Assembly: GCA_020619395.1 (NCBI GenBank)
Contig: GCA_020619395.1_4860.1
DNA from: a phage
Strand: one strand, 5' to 3'
DNA length: 64,000 bases
The position numbers and the translations under genes are program-made. Positions 17,837 through 26,959 of the stretch are shown piece after piece; positions within the stretch are counted from its first letter, which is position 1, and each line of letters begins with the position of its first letter. The notes under the pieces were generated by a model, which did not search any database, was not told the DNA's origin, and saw nothing but the letters and a program-made list of their open reading frames with translations.

Positions 17837-18153
17837 CCGCAGAGCGGTAGCGTACTGGGAAGCATCGACAGGCCCCCAGAAGCTAGAATGAACCGCAGCT
17901 GGTTCGAGGTATATTCTGACCACGTTTGCACAACTCCATTTTTGTAATGAAAGGGATAGCTATGGTTTCGGCCCAACGCCGAAATAACAAACCACGCTTC
18001 CGTGCCAAAATAACTTTCGGCAATGCGTGTCCACTCGCGTGGAAACTCATGCGTGCCGGGATAAATGACTTCTTGTATCGCGCACAGTAACATGTCCGCA
18101 GGCACAATCTGTTCATTTGTCCCTGGAGAGAAATTAAAGAACATGCGCGTCAT
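17833..18153 (-). CDS. hypothetical protein (106 aa)
   Basis: conserved leader CTTAAGGAGCATTTC before the ATG; promoter-like motif 30 bp upstream. Confidence 0.55.
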   Translation of the reverse strand: MTRMFFNFSPGTNEQIVPADMLLCAIQEVIYPGTHEFPREWTRIAESYFGTEAWFVISALGRNHSYPFHYKNGVVQTWSEYTSNQLRFILASGGLSMLPSTLPLCG

Positions 18154-18183
18154 CGAGAAATGCTCCTTAAGGATAATTCACGA

Positions 18184-18198
18184 AGATAATATCTATGC
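18184..18198. promoter_or_regulatory. promoter-like motif AGATAATATCTATGC in a divergent intergenic region
   Basis: same motif family; sits between the minus start at 18153 and the plus start at 18317. Confidence 0.4.
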
Positions 18199-18316
18199 AA
18201 AATTTCTTCGAGTATGGTGCGCACATAAAGGTCGTAAAACGTATTTTAATGTCAGGCAATGGGATAGCATTACCCGATGGTATGAGTTGTCCTACGAGCT
18301 TCATAGGAGCCTTAGA

Positions 18317-19129
18317 ATGAATGTTATCGACTACTGTCTGCGTAAAATCAGACAGCATATTCCTGCCCCGATTCTACAGGCGGCTTTTGTTCCAGAAAAC
18401 CTCAAGTTACTGGGAATTGCAAGCTCTGTAGATAACGAAATCCAACAACGTGTTATTCGTGAGATTCTGGTCCCTGAAATCTCCAGAATGGGGCAGTATC
18501 AAGAAGTAGATTTGCAAGGTGTCCCTTGGGATAACGACACGCAAGATTATTTCAGTCGCGTGTATTATCTCGACGACATCAAAACAGGCGGTCGTCCTAT
18601 TCTGGATGCCCACATTTCTGTAACACCCGTTGCCGGACAGGCGTACACCATGCCTCCCGCAGGTTCATATCTGGACGGTGCCACCTCTGGCGTATTAGCA
18701 TCCACCCAGCAAGTGGTTGATAGTCAGTCGGCGATGCCACGTATCGCCTCACCAGAGGTCGAGGTACTCGGCCCGAATACCATCCGTATCAAAGACCCAG
18801 GCATGTTCGTTTACTCTACCAAACTCGTGGTGAAGTACGAACTATCCCAGGAGATGAACGAAATCAAACCAGCATTCTATCCGGTTGTAGGTGAGCTGGC
18901 AGTCATGGCTGTTAAGCAATATATTTACAACACCATGATCTTCGACATGGATTCCGGTAAACTGGAAAATGGTATGGAGTTCGGTGCCTTCAGAAACGTT
19001 ATTGAAGGTTACTCGGACGCGGGTCAAATGTTCGAAGACACCTTACCGAAAATGCAACGTTGTCTGGTCCACAACGACAACATCGGAAACCGTTGGAACT
19101 ACATGAACGGTGGACGCTTCAAGTCGTAA
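18317..19129 (+). CDS. hypothetical protein (about 270 aa)
   Basis: ATG at 18317 preceded by AGGAG; the listed ORF extends upstream across the promoter region. Confidence 0.55.
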   Translation: MNVIDYCLRKIRQHIPAPILQAAFVPENLKLLGIASSVDNEIQQRVIREILVPEISRMGQYQEVDLQGVPWDNDTQDYFSRVYYLDDIKTGGRPILDAHISVTPVAGQAYTMPPAGSYLDGATSGVLASTQQVVDSQSAMPRIASPEVEVLGPNTIRIKDPGMFVYSTKLVVKYELSQEMNEIKPAFYPVVGELAVMAVKQYIYNTMIFDMDSGKLENGMEFGAFRNVIEGYSDAGQMFEDTLPKMQRCLVHNDNIGNRWNYMNGGRFKS

Positions 19130-19183
19130 CAAAAAAAGAAAGATTCCGTACCTCTACGCGAGTAGAGGTACTTCTTCTTTTTT
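19130..19183. terminator. bidirectional intrinsic terminator (A-run, GTACCTCTAC-GCGA-GTAGAGGTAC, T-run)
   Basis: perfect 10-bp stem with GNRA loop between convergent genes ending at 19129 (+) and 19182 (-). Confidence 0.7.
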
Positions 19184-19571
19184 AACCGGCAACACCCAAC
19201 ACATCCTTAAGATGGTGGGTAATGCCTGACGTCCACGCCTCACCTTCACGCACGATTTCTGGTTGAGCGTTAACCAGTCGGCGGAGAGAAATTGTGTGTT
19301 CCGCTAAACCCGCTACTGGGAACACAGGCGGAACGGTGGCTTGTTTAACATAATCGACGACATCATCAAAGCCTTCGTTAGAAGACCAATCGATTTCTAC
19401 GCCGTCGCAGACATCTAATTGACGCGTGTTGTTCTCTTCATCGGGGTGGAAAGTAAAACCCCATTGAATAGTATCCAGGAGACCACGGTCAAGTTCGTTG
19501 ACCACTTTAATTTTCTTGAGGGTATCCGGATGCGCCATAATCACGTCCAGCGGACGCAGTTTGTTTTTCAT
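19182..19571 (-). CDS. hypothetical protein (129 aa)
   Basis: ORF followed by the bidirectional terminator. Confidence 0.55.
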   Translation of the reverse strand: MKNKLRPLDVIMAHPDTLKKIKVVNELDRGLLDTIQWGFTFHPDEENNTRQLDVCDGVEIDWSSNEGFDDVVDYVKQATVPPVFPVAGLAEHTISLRRLVNAQPEIVREGEAWTSGITHHLKDVLGVAG

Positions 19572-19638
19572 CGAGCATCTCCTTTGGAATCTATTACAGC
19601 ACAGACTCCCTACAAGATAGGTGCCTGCCGTAAAAAAG

Positions 19639-20055
19639 TCAGTGTAAGGTTCCGAGGGTTTTATAGTGTTTATAATTCATTGCGTGGATGCTGTCTAACA
19701 CAATGGCGAATACTTCCTCATAAGGTAGTCGTTTCTGCATAACTGCAGCGCACATCGAATCGAATAAAGAAGGCATTAGCTGCGGCATTTCATTTATCGC
19801 CGACGATTCGCTACGGGATAAACACTCGCTTGTATTTATTGTTGGTGTGTCTGACCCAGTGTAGATAGCCACAACATCTACCACATCTAGCGAGTCGAGC
19901 CACGGTTGGAATTGAGGCAACTGCATTAGCACCGGAAAGACCTCACTTGCAAGCATTCTTGAATAACTGCACTGCGGTCTTAAAGTCGTGGGTAGCTTAT
20001 TTTCTTCCAATGCTTTAAATAAATCTTGCGTCTGGTAATAGCACTGCGTAATCAT
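19639..20055 (-). CDS. hypothetical protein (138 aa)
   Basis: ORF in series. Confidence 0.55.
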   Translation of the reverse strand: MITQCYYQTQDLFKALEENKLPTTLRPQCSYSRMLASEVFPVLMQLPQFQPWLDSLDVVDVVAIYTGSDTPTINTSECLSRSESSAINEMPQLMPSLFDSMCAAVMQKRLPYEEVFAIVLDSIHAMNYKHYKTLGTLH

Positions 20056-20090
20056 GGTAACTTCCTCCTATAAGATTCTGAGGCAGTCGT

Positions 20091-20128
20091 GAAAAAAGAA
20101 AAAAAAAAGAGGGAACCGAAGTTCCCTC
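20091..20128 (-). terminator. intrinsic terminator (GAGGGAAC-CGAA-GTTCCCTC on plus, UUCG loop on minus, then T-run)
   Basis: hairpin with an 18-nt A-tract on the plus strand, downstream of the gene ending at 20143. Confidence 0.6.
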
Positions 20129-20142
20129 AAAAGCATCGACTA

Positions 20143-21090
20143 CTAACCAAACTGATTTTCATACGCACGGAGCCATTGCTCATGCGGGAATAAATTATAG
20201 ACCTCTTCGGGAACGTGTAACATCAGCCACCTCACGCCAATACTGCTCGCGTACCACGAAGCGTATGGATAGATTGAATCCTTCGGTGGTGCTAACGGTG
20301 ATGGTAACTGTTGAACATCGGTGACAGGGTTACCGATAACTTCACCGCCGGGTAGTACAGCCGCTAGCATCCAGGTCGTTGGGTAGTAATTACCGCTATC
20401 TGTTTTAGCCAGATAACGTAAGTCTAAGTTTTCTGGCTCGAGCTGTTTGCGTAACGTTAAGAACAGGCACAACTCAAACGGTGCGATGTTCAATCTGGTG
20501 TTCGGGAGACTGTGTCCTTTATACCAGTTTGCATAGCCTGCCTGGAGAGCGTGGATTGCCAGAATCGGTCTATCCACATCCACAGGTAACTGGAGCGGTG
20601 TAATGTTCAAATCAGCTACAGTTGGAAACATTACCGGTTCAGGATTGATAAGCTGGTTATACGCTTCCCGTAAACGATTCATCTTGATGCGCAATGCACC
20701 GTTCGTTAACATCAGCCTACGTCCGTGGTTTTCATCTGTAGCCCGTTCCGTAAAGAGTGCATCGCCGAAATGGCGAACGAATTCGATACTTAAGAACCTG
20801 GTGTGGTACGTAGGTGAGGTATACTCAATAAACTCGTTCTGTTGGAATCCGAAGTAGTGGAGCAATTCGCCGTTACCCCATTTGAACACAAATCGGAATT
20901 CGAAGTTCTTGTACTGTAGTGCATCTTTTACAGCACGTATCGCTTCCCAAGCGTCGAAATTCGTTCTGTATAACGAACCGAAAGGGAAGAATCTGCGAGG
21001 TAAGAAAGGTCGAATGCGGGTTGCTTCTGCGAGGCTGAAGCCATCCTGGTTTAATCCTTCAATAGCACTAGGATTACTTGGTCTGTACAT
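20143..21090 (-). CDS. hypothetical protein (315 aa)
   Basis: ORF with promoter-like motif upstream. Confidence 0.6.
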   Translation of the reverse strand: MYRPSNPSAIEGLNQDGFSLAEATRIRPFLPRRFFPFGSLYRTNFDAWEAIRAVKDALQYKNFEFRFVFKWGNGELLHYFGFQQNEFIEYTSPTYHTRFLSIEFVRHFGDALFTERATDENHGRRLMLTNGALRIKMNRLREAYNQLINPEPVMFPTVADLNITPLQLPVDVDRPILAIHALQAGYANWYKGHSLPNTRLNIAPFELCLFLTLRKQLEPENLDLRYLAKTDSGNYYPTTWMLAAVLPGGEVIGNPVTDVQQLPSPLAPPKDSIYPYASWYASSIGVRWLMLHVPEEVYNLFPHEQWLRAYENQFG

Positions 21091-21150
21091 GATGCTTACC
21101 TTTTATAGTCGAGTTGGGGGAATTCAGATGAGGCTTTCTCATCTCACTTA

Positions 21151-21165
21151 GGTAATATCTATCTG
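21151..21165. promoter_or_regulatory. promoter-like motif GGTAATATCTATCTG (variant)
   Basis: shares the core TAATATCTATCT; about 60 bp upstream of the start at 21090. Confidence 0.35.
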
Positions 21166-21181
21166 TGAATATTTGGAATAC

Positions 21182-21225
21182 AAAAAAAAAATAAAAGAGT
21201 TGTCCTCACTCCGAAGAGTGAGGAC
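21182..21225 (-). terminator. intrinsic terminator (GTCCTCACTC-CGAA-GAGTGAGGAC on plus, UUCG loop on minus, then T-run)
   Basis: perfect 10-bp stem preceded on plus by a 14-nt A-tract, downstream of the gene ending at 21316. Confidence 0.65.
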
Positions 21226-21315
21226 TTCCCTGGTGTTGGCATGTAAATCTACAAGGTCTTACAAGGTCAGACGAGGGCTAATCGTCAGGAACATAGCTAC
21301 TGGGCGTTAGCTAAT

Positions 21316-22137
21316 TCAGCGAAGGACGTCGGTAGTCTTACCGTGAGAGTTAACCACGTAGACTTCGTCGCCTTTATAAAACAGTTCGTACAACGCACCG
21401 GTACTGATCTGGTTATCAGGATCGTATCCAGATTCTTCTTCGATGCACATTGCGCCAATCAGTTCATCGACTGACCGGTCGCCAGGGCGAGCGCCTTTTA
21501 AAACAGTAACAACAGACTCACCGTTAATCCACTGCGACTGCTCCTGGACACCAGTGAACTCGATAGATGGACCAGGCTCTAATTCGACTTGTTGCAGTTC
21601 TTCCTGAGTGTAGACAATGATCGCCATGTCGCTATCAGGAGATGGTTTGTACCAGCCTAATTTCTCTGGGGGAGTACCGAAACCAACGAGTTCGCCGCAG
21701 ATACTATCCATGGCTTCTGGTTCACATAAATTTGTCGCCAGTACCAAGATAGCATTGCCCTTATTATCTAGCACGTAGCTAATAAACTCGCGTGCGTTGC
21801 AGTTAAACACCTCGACCGTTTCCAAATCGGGGATAATAAGGTTGGGGAAAAGCTGCCGCAAATACGTGTGTGCATAAACCTGACTTTTATATAATCTGTG
21901 CGACCAGCTGCAGTAGTCAGACAAATGCATGGTGTTCGGATCAGGCACATCAGGGGCAACGCGTTTTAACCCCGGATTAAGGGCTAACTTTTCATCATCG
22001 ACAACAATGTCGAAGCGCTCGTTCTCGAGCATCTTTAACGCCTCGCGGAATACACGAGACTTACGGTCACCGATACGAACTTTTTCATGTTCGGTAATAA
22101 TGCGGTCACCATCAATTACACGTTTAACTGTAAACAT
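21316..22137 (-). CDS. hypothetical protein (273 aa)
   Basis: ORF with GGAAG upstream. Confidence 0.6.
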   Translation of the reverse strand: MFTVKRVIDGDRIITEHEKVRIGDRKSRVFREALKMLENERFDIVVDDEKLALNPGLKRVAPDVPDPNTMHLSDYCSWSHRLYKSQVYAHTYLRQLFPNLIIPDLETVEVFNCNAREFISYVLDNKGNAILVLATNLCEPEAMDSICGELVGFGTPPEKLGWYKPSPDSDMAIIVYTQEELQQVELEPGPSIEFTGVQEQSQWINGESVVTVLKGARPGDRSVDELIGAMCIEEESGYDPDNQISTGALYELFYKGDEVYVVNSHGKTTDVLR

Positions 22138-22511
22138 GTTGCTTCCTTCTTACTACTATTGCTGCTTCTATTGGTAGTCCACGACATATCCCTCGTGGGT
22201 GGGTTCGGTGTGTAACCGAATAAGTTTTTCTGTTCCCAGGGCAACGCACCAGGCTTAATTGATTTAGTTGGCAAACCAGGAACAGAAAAGGGGTATACAG
22301 ACTAGGGCGCGAGGTGGCTCTGGATGGATGCGTAAGAAAAACCCAAACGGCCCTGGCCTGTAAGTTGGCCCGAAGTCACCGTGTCGGAGGACAGCCCATG
22401 CAGGTAGGCGGCAATGGACACGGTGACCGCGGAAGTGGTTCGTGTTACCCTTGACCCGTGTGTGGATACGCGTCTTAATTCGAATGCCTTCGGGATAAGG
22501 GTAACACAAAT

Positions 22512-22592
22512 GGGGCGAGCAAACGGACGGATTCGAACCGTCGAAATATCCGATTATGAGTCGGGTGTTAATTCCTCTAACTTCGCTGCTCT
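22512..22592 (-). tRNA. tRNA-like sequence, anticodon CAU (Met or Ile2); non-canonical acceptor stem
   Basis: minus-strand T-arm GACGG-TTCGAAT-CCGTC, anticodon stem-loop CCGA-CTCATAA-TCGG and D-arm GTTA-GAGGAAT-TAAC found by hand; acceptor pairing imperfect. Confidence 0.35.
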
Positions 22593-22661
22593 TGCTTTGA
22601 CCGGACTCGAACCGGCGACCTTCCTCGAAGAGGTTGCTCTACCTACCTGAGCTACAAAGCC
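22592..22661 (-). tRNA. tRNA-like sequence; anticodon loop TTCGAGG (possible CGA) with a very short variable region
   Basis: minus-strand acceptor GGCTTTG/CAAAGC, D-arm GCTC...GAGC, T-arm GCCGG-TTCGAGT-CCGGT; isotype not resolved. Confidence 0.35.
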
Positions 22662-23706
22662 ATTGTTCATGGCATCATGATAGTTACACTCAACGTACCA
22701 CACCCCTACTGGTTTCCGTTTCGGGGGACTTAACCAGACACCATACGTCCAAGGTCGACGCTTAGGTGTGTTATCAGTTGCCTGACTGGAAATCTCTTAC
22801 GAGACGTCTACGTTGAACCGGCAAGCCGGCCATGATGTGAAGATGGGGGAACGCCCAGGCTTCCGCCCAGTCGAGTGAGGTACGAATCCTTCACTCCTGT
22901 CATCACTGATGGTGACAGCGCTCCCATTGTAAGGTGCCGGTGCATCCCGGCGTGTGTTAGTGCACTCAGCTCCCTCGGGCTTATCTGCGGCAACACGTTG
23001 CCCGGAGCACCGACATATACCACAGTAACCTCGTAAAGTCACTCTGGTATTGTTCGTTGCATACTACTAAGTTATCACGTAAACGATTTCATCACTTCCA
23101 TAAATAATAATTAACCTAAATTCATTTCTGAATGCGGGTGATGGACTTCTTCTTCTGAGCCTGGCCGCAAGGTCAGGTCTTAGCGCCTCCAAGCACCACC
23201 CGCTATCACGTACATTCGTGGCGTACCGGCCGTATGAGGTACCGCGCCTACGGTGACACACAGTCACCCTAACACTGGGAACTCAATCCCATTCGGTTAT
23301 CAGATTGTGGATTTACAGGCGTAGCGTAGCGGCTTAATGGGCCGGTGCTTGCCTGTCCCCTAGGGACGGTTGTCGTGGAGACGCCAGTCTGTAAGTGGGG
23401 CCCTTGCGGGAAAACCCATCGCCTGTAAACCAAACATGATTGAATACCCAGAACCGGACGTTGGAAATCAACATCCTGATGTACTGGAGTATTTCATGCA
23501 TAAACGTGTCTCGTATCGAATGAGGTTATGACCGGTCAGATACCCAGCATCCTGTACAAGCGACCTGGTGCTTTGTGTACCTGGCTGCTACGGATTTATT
23601 GGTCTACCGTAGGTCTGAGCTGCTACCGGCTCATGCGGGACATCAACCCGCACAATCTGAGTAAGTATCATGGCTCGAATAGGGTTAGTGGGCCGAAGCC
23701 CACTGT

Positions 23707-23961
23707 TTAGCCAGCATTGAACGATTCATGAACGACGGTCCCAGCAGGATAGTGCGTAGTGCCGATAAGAGTAACGGTCAGGGTAAGCCCTTCATCCCAG
23801 CGCTCTTTCGGTAACCAGCGGCAGTCCATCCAATGACCACAGTCGGGAGGAATTGCACACGCAGCTTGCTCCGTAGGAGCCGCCACGATTATGGAATCAA
23901 ATTCATCATACCCGATATCGTCAGTTCGTTCTAGCAAGTACAAATTCATGTTGTTCTCCAA
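23707..23961 (-). CDS. small hypothetical protein (84 aa), shares an N-terminal motif with the 191 aa protein at 24671-25246
   Basis: GGAGA 5 nt upstream of ATG; MNLYLL...IIVAAPTEQAACA...W resembles MNLYRV...VLVVLAENEEQAKSFW. Confidence 0.5.
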   Translation of the reverse strand: MENNMNLYLLERTDDIGYDEFDSIIVAAPTEQAACAIPPDCGHWMDCRWLPKERWDEGLTLTVTLIGTTHYPAGTVVHESFNAG

Positions 23962-24013
23962 CAGTTGACAAATCTGTGTCTTCTGTGTTGAACCTGAATT
24001 CGTTGGCTAAATG

Positions 24014-24089
24014 TGGCGGGGGCACGAGGTTTCGAACCTCGAACCTTCGGTTTTGGAGACCGGTGCGCTACCAATTGCGCCATACCCCC
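24014..24089 (-). tRNA. tRNA-Trp (anticodon CCA), 76 nt with encoded CCA end
   Basis: hand fold: acceptor GGGGGTA/TGCCCCC, D-arm GCGC-AATTGGTA-GCGC, anticodon loop CTCCAAA, T-arm CGAGG-TTCGAAA-CCTCG; anticodon arm identical to E. coli tRNA-Trp except one base. Confidence 0.8.
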
Positions 24090-24182
24090 AGAATTCTTTA
24101 AACGTGTTTATACGGATGCGCTACCCCGTTATCGCAGGCGATTGATGGGGTCAAGCTTGCGTGCTTCTGACTCCCGCATGAT

Positions 24183-24674
24183 TCACCTCCGTAATTCGTA
24201 AGTGCTAATCTCACCACCGGTGTAGATATCGCATTCAGACGCAATCTCAATAGCACGAACCGCACTCGCGCCCATCTTCATCGCACCCAACGCATACTCG
24301 TAACCGCTTCCGGTTGCCAGAGGTGGTGTGGCTTCACTCCACCACAACGTCACGTCGTCTTCACGTTTTCCGCCGACTATCGCTTTTCCTGAGGCCAAAA
24401 GCATCAGGAAAGTAAAATCCATCTTCGCAGGTAACTGCGAGCTTTGTGTTAACCCCTTGTAGCCGGGTCTCAAGCGGACCGTTTCCAGCAGGGCCAACTG
24501 TCCTGTGATGTCACCGCTTACTCCGAACGCCACAATCCGTTCACCAGTAATCCACCACTCCTCGTCAGGAGGACAGACGAATAACTTCTGGGTATTCAGG
24601 TTGCAGATATTCGACCCACGGGTTAACTGGCCGTCAGCAGCTAAGACTTTTCCATCGAACGCTATCGTCGTCAT
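24183..24674 (-). CDS. HslV/proteasome beta-subunit-like N-terminal nucleophile peptidase
   Basis: start at internal Met gives MTTIAFDGKVLAADGQLTRG, matching the HslV N-terminus [24 protein letters not shown]; also GSGYEYALGA and CDIYTGGE segments. Confidence 0.65.
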   Translation of the reverse strand: MTTIAFDGKVLAADGQLTRGSNICNLNTQKLFVCPPDEEWWITGERIVAFGVSGDITGQLALLETVRLRPGYKGLTQSSQLPAKMDFTFLMLLASGKAIVGGKREDDVTLWWSEATPPLATGSGYEYALGAMKMGASAVRAIEIASECDIYTGGEISTYELRR

Positions 24675-25246
24675 TGGGCCACCTTCCTCGGTGTGTACTC
24701 GAATGTCGTTTCCGTCAGGTAATCCTGGCGCATCCAAGTCAGCTCCTGGCCTTGCTCACACTTGATGTTCGTAACCAAACCGGCTTCAAGTGGTAGCTCA
24801 CAGACCGAAACGATTCCGGGTTTATCACCGTCCCAATGTGCGAATGCCGCCTCGGGGGTTGTTGCCCCGACGATGATTCCGGCGTCGACATAGTCTTCGG
24901 TAGCGACGTCGCTGTAAACCAGGTACAGCTTGATGATCGACGGTTGCTTGGCTTGGTAGCCGAAGTACACTCTGGTTTTACCCGTGGTAAGATTCCAGGT
25001 GTGTCTGGCGGATTCGGAAACAAATTCCAAACCGGGATGGGAATAATCATCCCAACGGCCTTGCTTCAGAACCACCCCAGGCGTAACCATCGGGGTAGAC
25101 ACAGCGCCGTCGTAGCAGCACGCAACCGCTGGACGCTCTGCGCTAACCGGCCAGAAGGATTTGGCCTGCTCCTCGTTTTCGGCTAAGACAACCAAAACCG
25201 ATTCAGGCATCTCGTTTCGGTAAAACCCGACGCGATACAAGTTCAT
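24671..25246 (-). CDS. hypothetical protein (191 aa) with an internal two-fold repeat; translationally coupled to the HslV-like gene
   Basis: GGAGA upstream; ATGA overlap with the downstream gene; repeat VLVVLAENEEQAKSFW / AGIIVGATTPEAAFAHW. Confidence 0.55.
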   Translation of the reverse strand: MNLYRVGFYRNEMPESVLVVLAENEEQAKSFWPVSAERPAVACCYDGAVSTPMVTPGVVLKQGRWDDYSHPGLEFVSESARHTWNLTTGKTRVYFGYQAKQPSIIKLYLVYSDVATEDYVDAGIIVGATTPEAAFAHWDGDKPGIVSVCELPLEAGLVTNIKCEQGQELTWMRQDYLTETTFEYTPRKVAQ

Positions 25247-26189
25247 GGTTTAATTCTCCGTTTGGTTTATCATACCTCACGCAGAATCTGTAAATTTTAA
25301 TCAGCCAGGTACCGTCGTTTCTCAACGGGAGTACCCACCCCTCTCGTCTATTCCGAGCCGTCAAGATCCGATCACCCCACTTTGGAGTTATCCCCCAAGT
25401 CTGCGGTTCTACACGCAGACCCCTTTTCGACGCAACGCCGAATTCGAATCAGTTTTGGCCCGACGCCAGAGCGGAATCAGCGATAACTATCGGAGGTAAG
25501 TTCAACGACGTCTCTCCGCTGCCCAGTCCTCTGGCGCTGCCACGGTCAACTCGGATTTTGTCATGGGTGCGCAGTCGACTTTCTCGACACTCTCGCAAAC
25601 CGAACTACGCCCGACGTAGCACCGTCGGCAGGTCGGTTATTTACCGAGTACCTGAATGGGTGGTGATTGTCGGAATCCCCGCCGACGCTCACCGGTTCTG
25701 TTCCACGGCGAAAGTTTTCCAGAACATAATAAATCACGCAGTGTTAGATTGCGCTTTGTCGAAGACACCACGGTAGGTATTTTCGAAAAAGCGTCCTGGG
25801 TATCAGTCCCAGGACTTGGAGCCCTAGCGTGCAGGGTTTAAAAGTGATTGGACCATTGGCGCGGTCAATCGCTATTCGCATATAACAACAAACTCACGTA
25901 ATCAAAAAATTACCGGCTCGAGGCGTAGGCGTCCAGGAGCCGGTGAGTCACACAGCAGTGAGTCCCTCTGCGGGGATTTTCGTGGAGCTTGTCGTTGGAA
26001 TAAAAATCCGTCCCCGGACGGGTTGGTGTTGTGGGTCGACTTGTCAGAGTCTACCGACCAGGGAGGCGACCACCGAAGCTATGGGTTTTGGACATCGAGT
26101 GGTGGTCTGAACACACGATAGGGAAACCACGTAAAAAATACACAGGGTACCCAAACTAGGACTTCCGTCCGATCACGATCTCTTAATAA

Positions 26190-26400
26190 GGATCACGCGC
26201 GCGCCTGCACGCGTTTTAAGATCTTAATATATTAATATATTTATTTATATAAATAATTATAATAATTAAATATAATACCTAAAGGTATTATTATATTTAA
26301 TATTATTATATATCTTTTAAAAGATCCTGGAGGATACGGGTGTGCGCACGCGCACGCGTATAAGGAAAGGGTCTTCGACCCGATCCACAGGATCAATCTA
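26190..26400. other. candidate replication origin / DNA-unwinding element: about 115 bp of nearly pure AT with palindromes, flanked by alternating CG tracts, GATC sites and a DnaA-box-like ATCCACA
   Basis: CACGCGCGCGCCTGCACGCG at the left; perfect 12-bp palindromes TTAAGATCTTAA and TCTTTTAAAAGA; central AATACCTAAAGGTATT; GTGCGCACGCGCACGCG at the right; GATCCACAGGATC at 26380. Confidence 0.4.
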
Positions 26401-26959
26401 AAAAACAATCTAAGTGATTGTTTTAAAAAGAAATTTTGAGAATTAGATTAAATTATCCCCTAAGGGGGATTTTAGAGCGAGTTAAACAACCCAAAGAACT
26501 CGTAAGTAACCGACAGTGTGTGTCGGTTACAGAACGATCCAGTTTTCACCCAGACATGGCACGAAGTGCTACCCAACGTGTGATCGTCGTCGCCGGCCGC
26601 GACCGTCGTCCCGGAACCGAAACGGGAATGGCACTCTCGCGCTCTCAGCGGCCCGCTGGCGCGATTTTCCGGTATGGGGAACCCAAGTGTACTGGGTCTG
26701 AGTTAAATCTCGTTCTAGCGCTTTCTAGAGCGTTTTTAATAACTGGTTAAAAAACATACAATCCTGAATCCCCATTCCCTGAATTTCCTCGCCCCGACAA
26801 AAATAAATTCTCTGTCTCGATACATAACCCCCTCTAAAACGCACGTAACCGACCCTAGAAAACGATAAACTGCCAAAAACGAGCTACCCTACGTCGATAC
26901 CACCTAATCGTTTTCTGATGCTTCCCAGACCCCTTTAACCGGTTGGTTAAAAAGTAACC

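Noticed and set aside
22264-23267. Short Arg-rich ORFs in the GC-rich low-coding segment (22264-22509, 22797-23042, 23067-23267 and others)
   Set aside because: No RBS, overlapping frames and Arg/Pro/Gly-rich composition typical of random ORFs in GC-rich non-coding DNA.
26436-26750. 104 aa plus-strand ORF next to the AT-rich element
   Set aside because: Arg-rich, no RBS, and it sits in a region full of palindromes; more likely non-coding.
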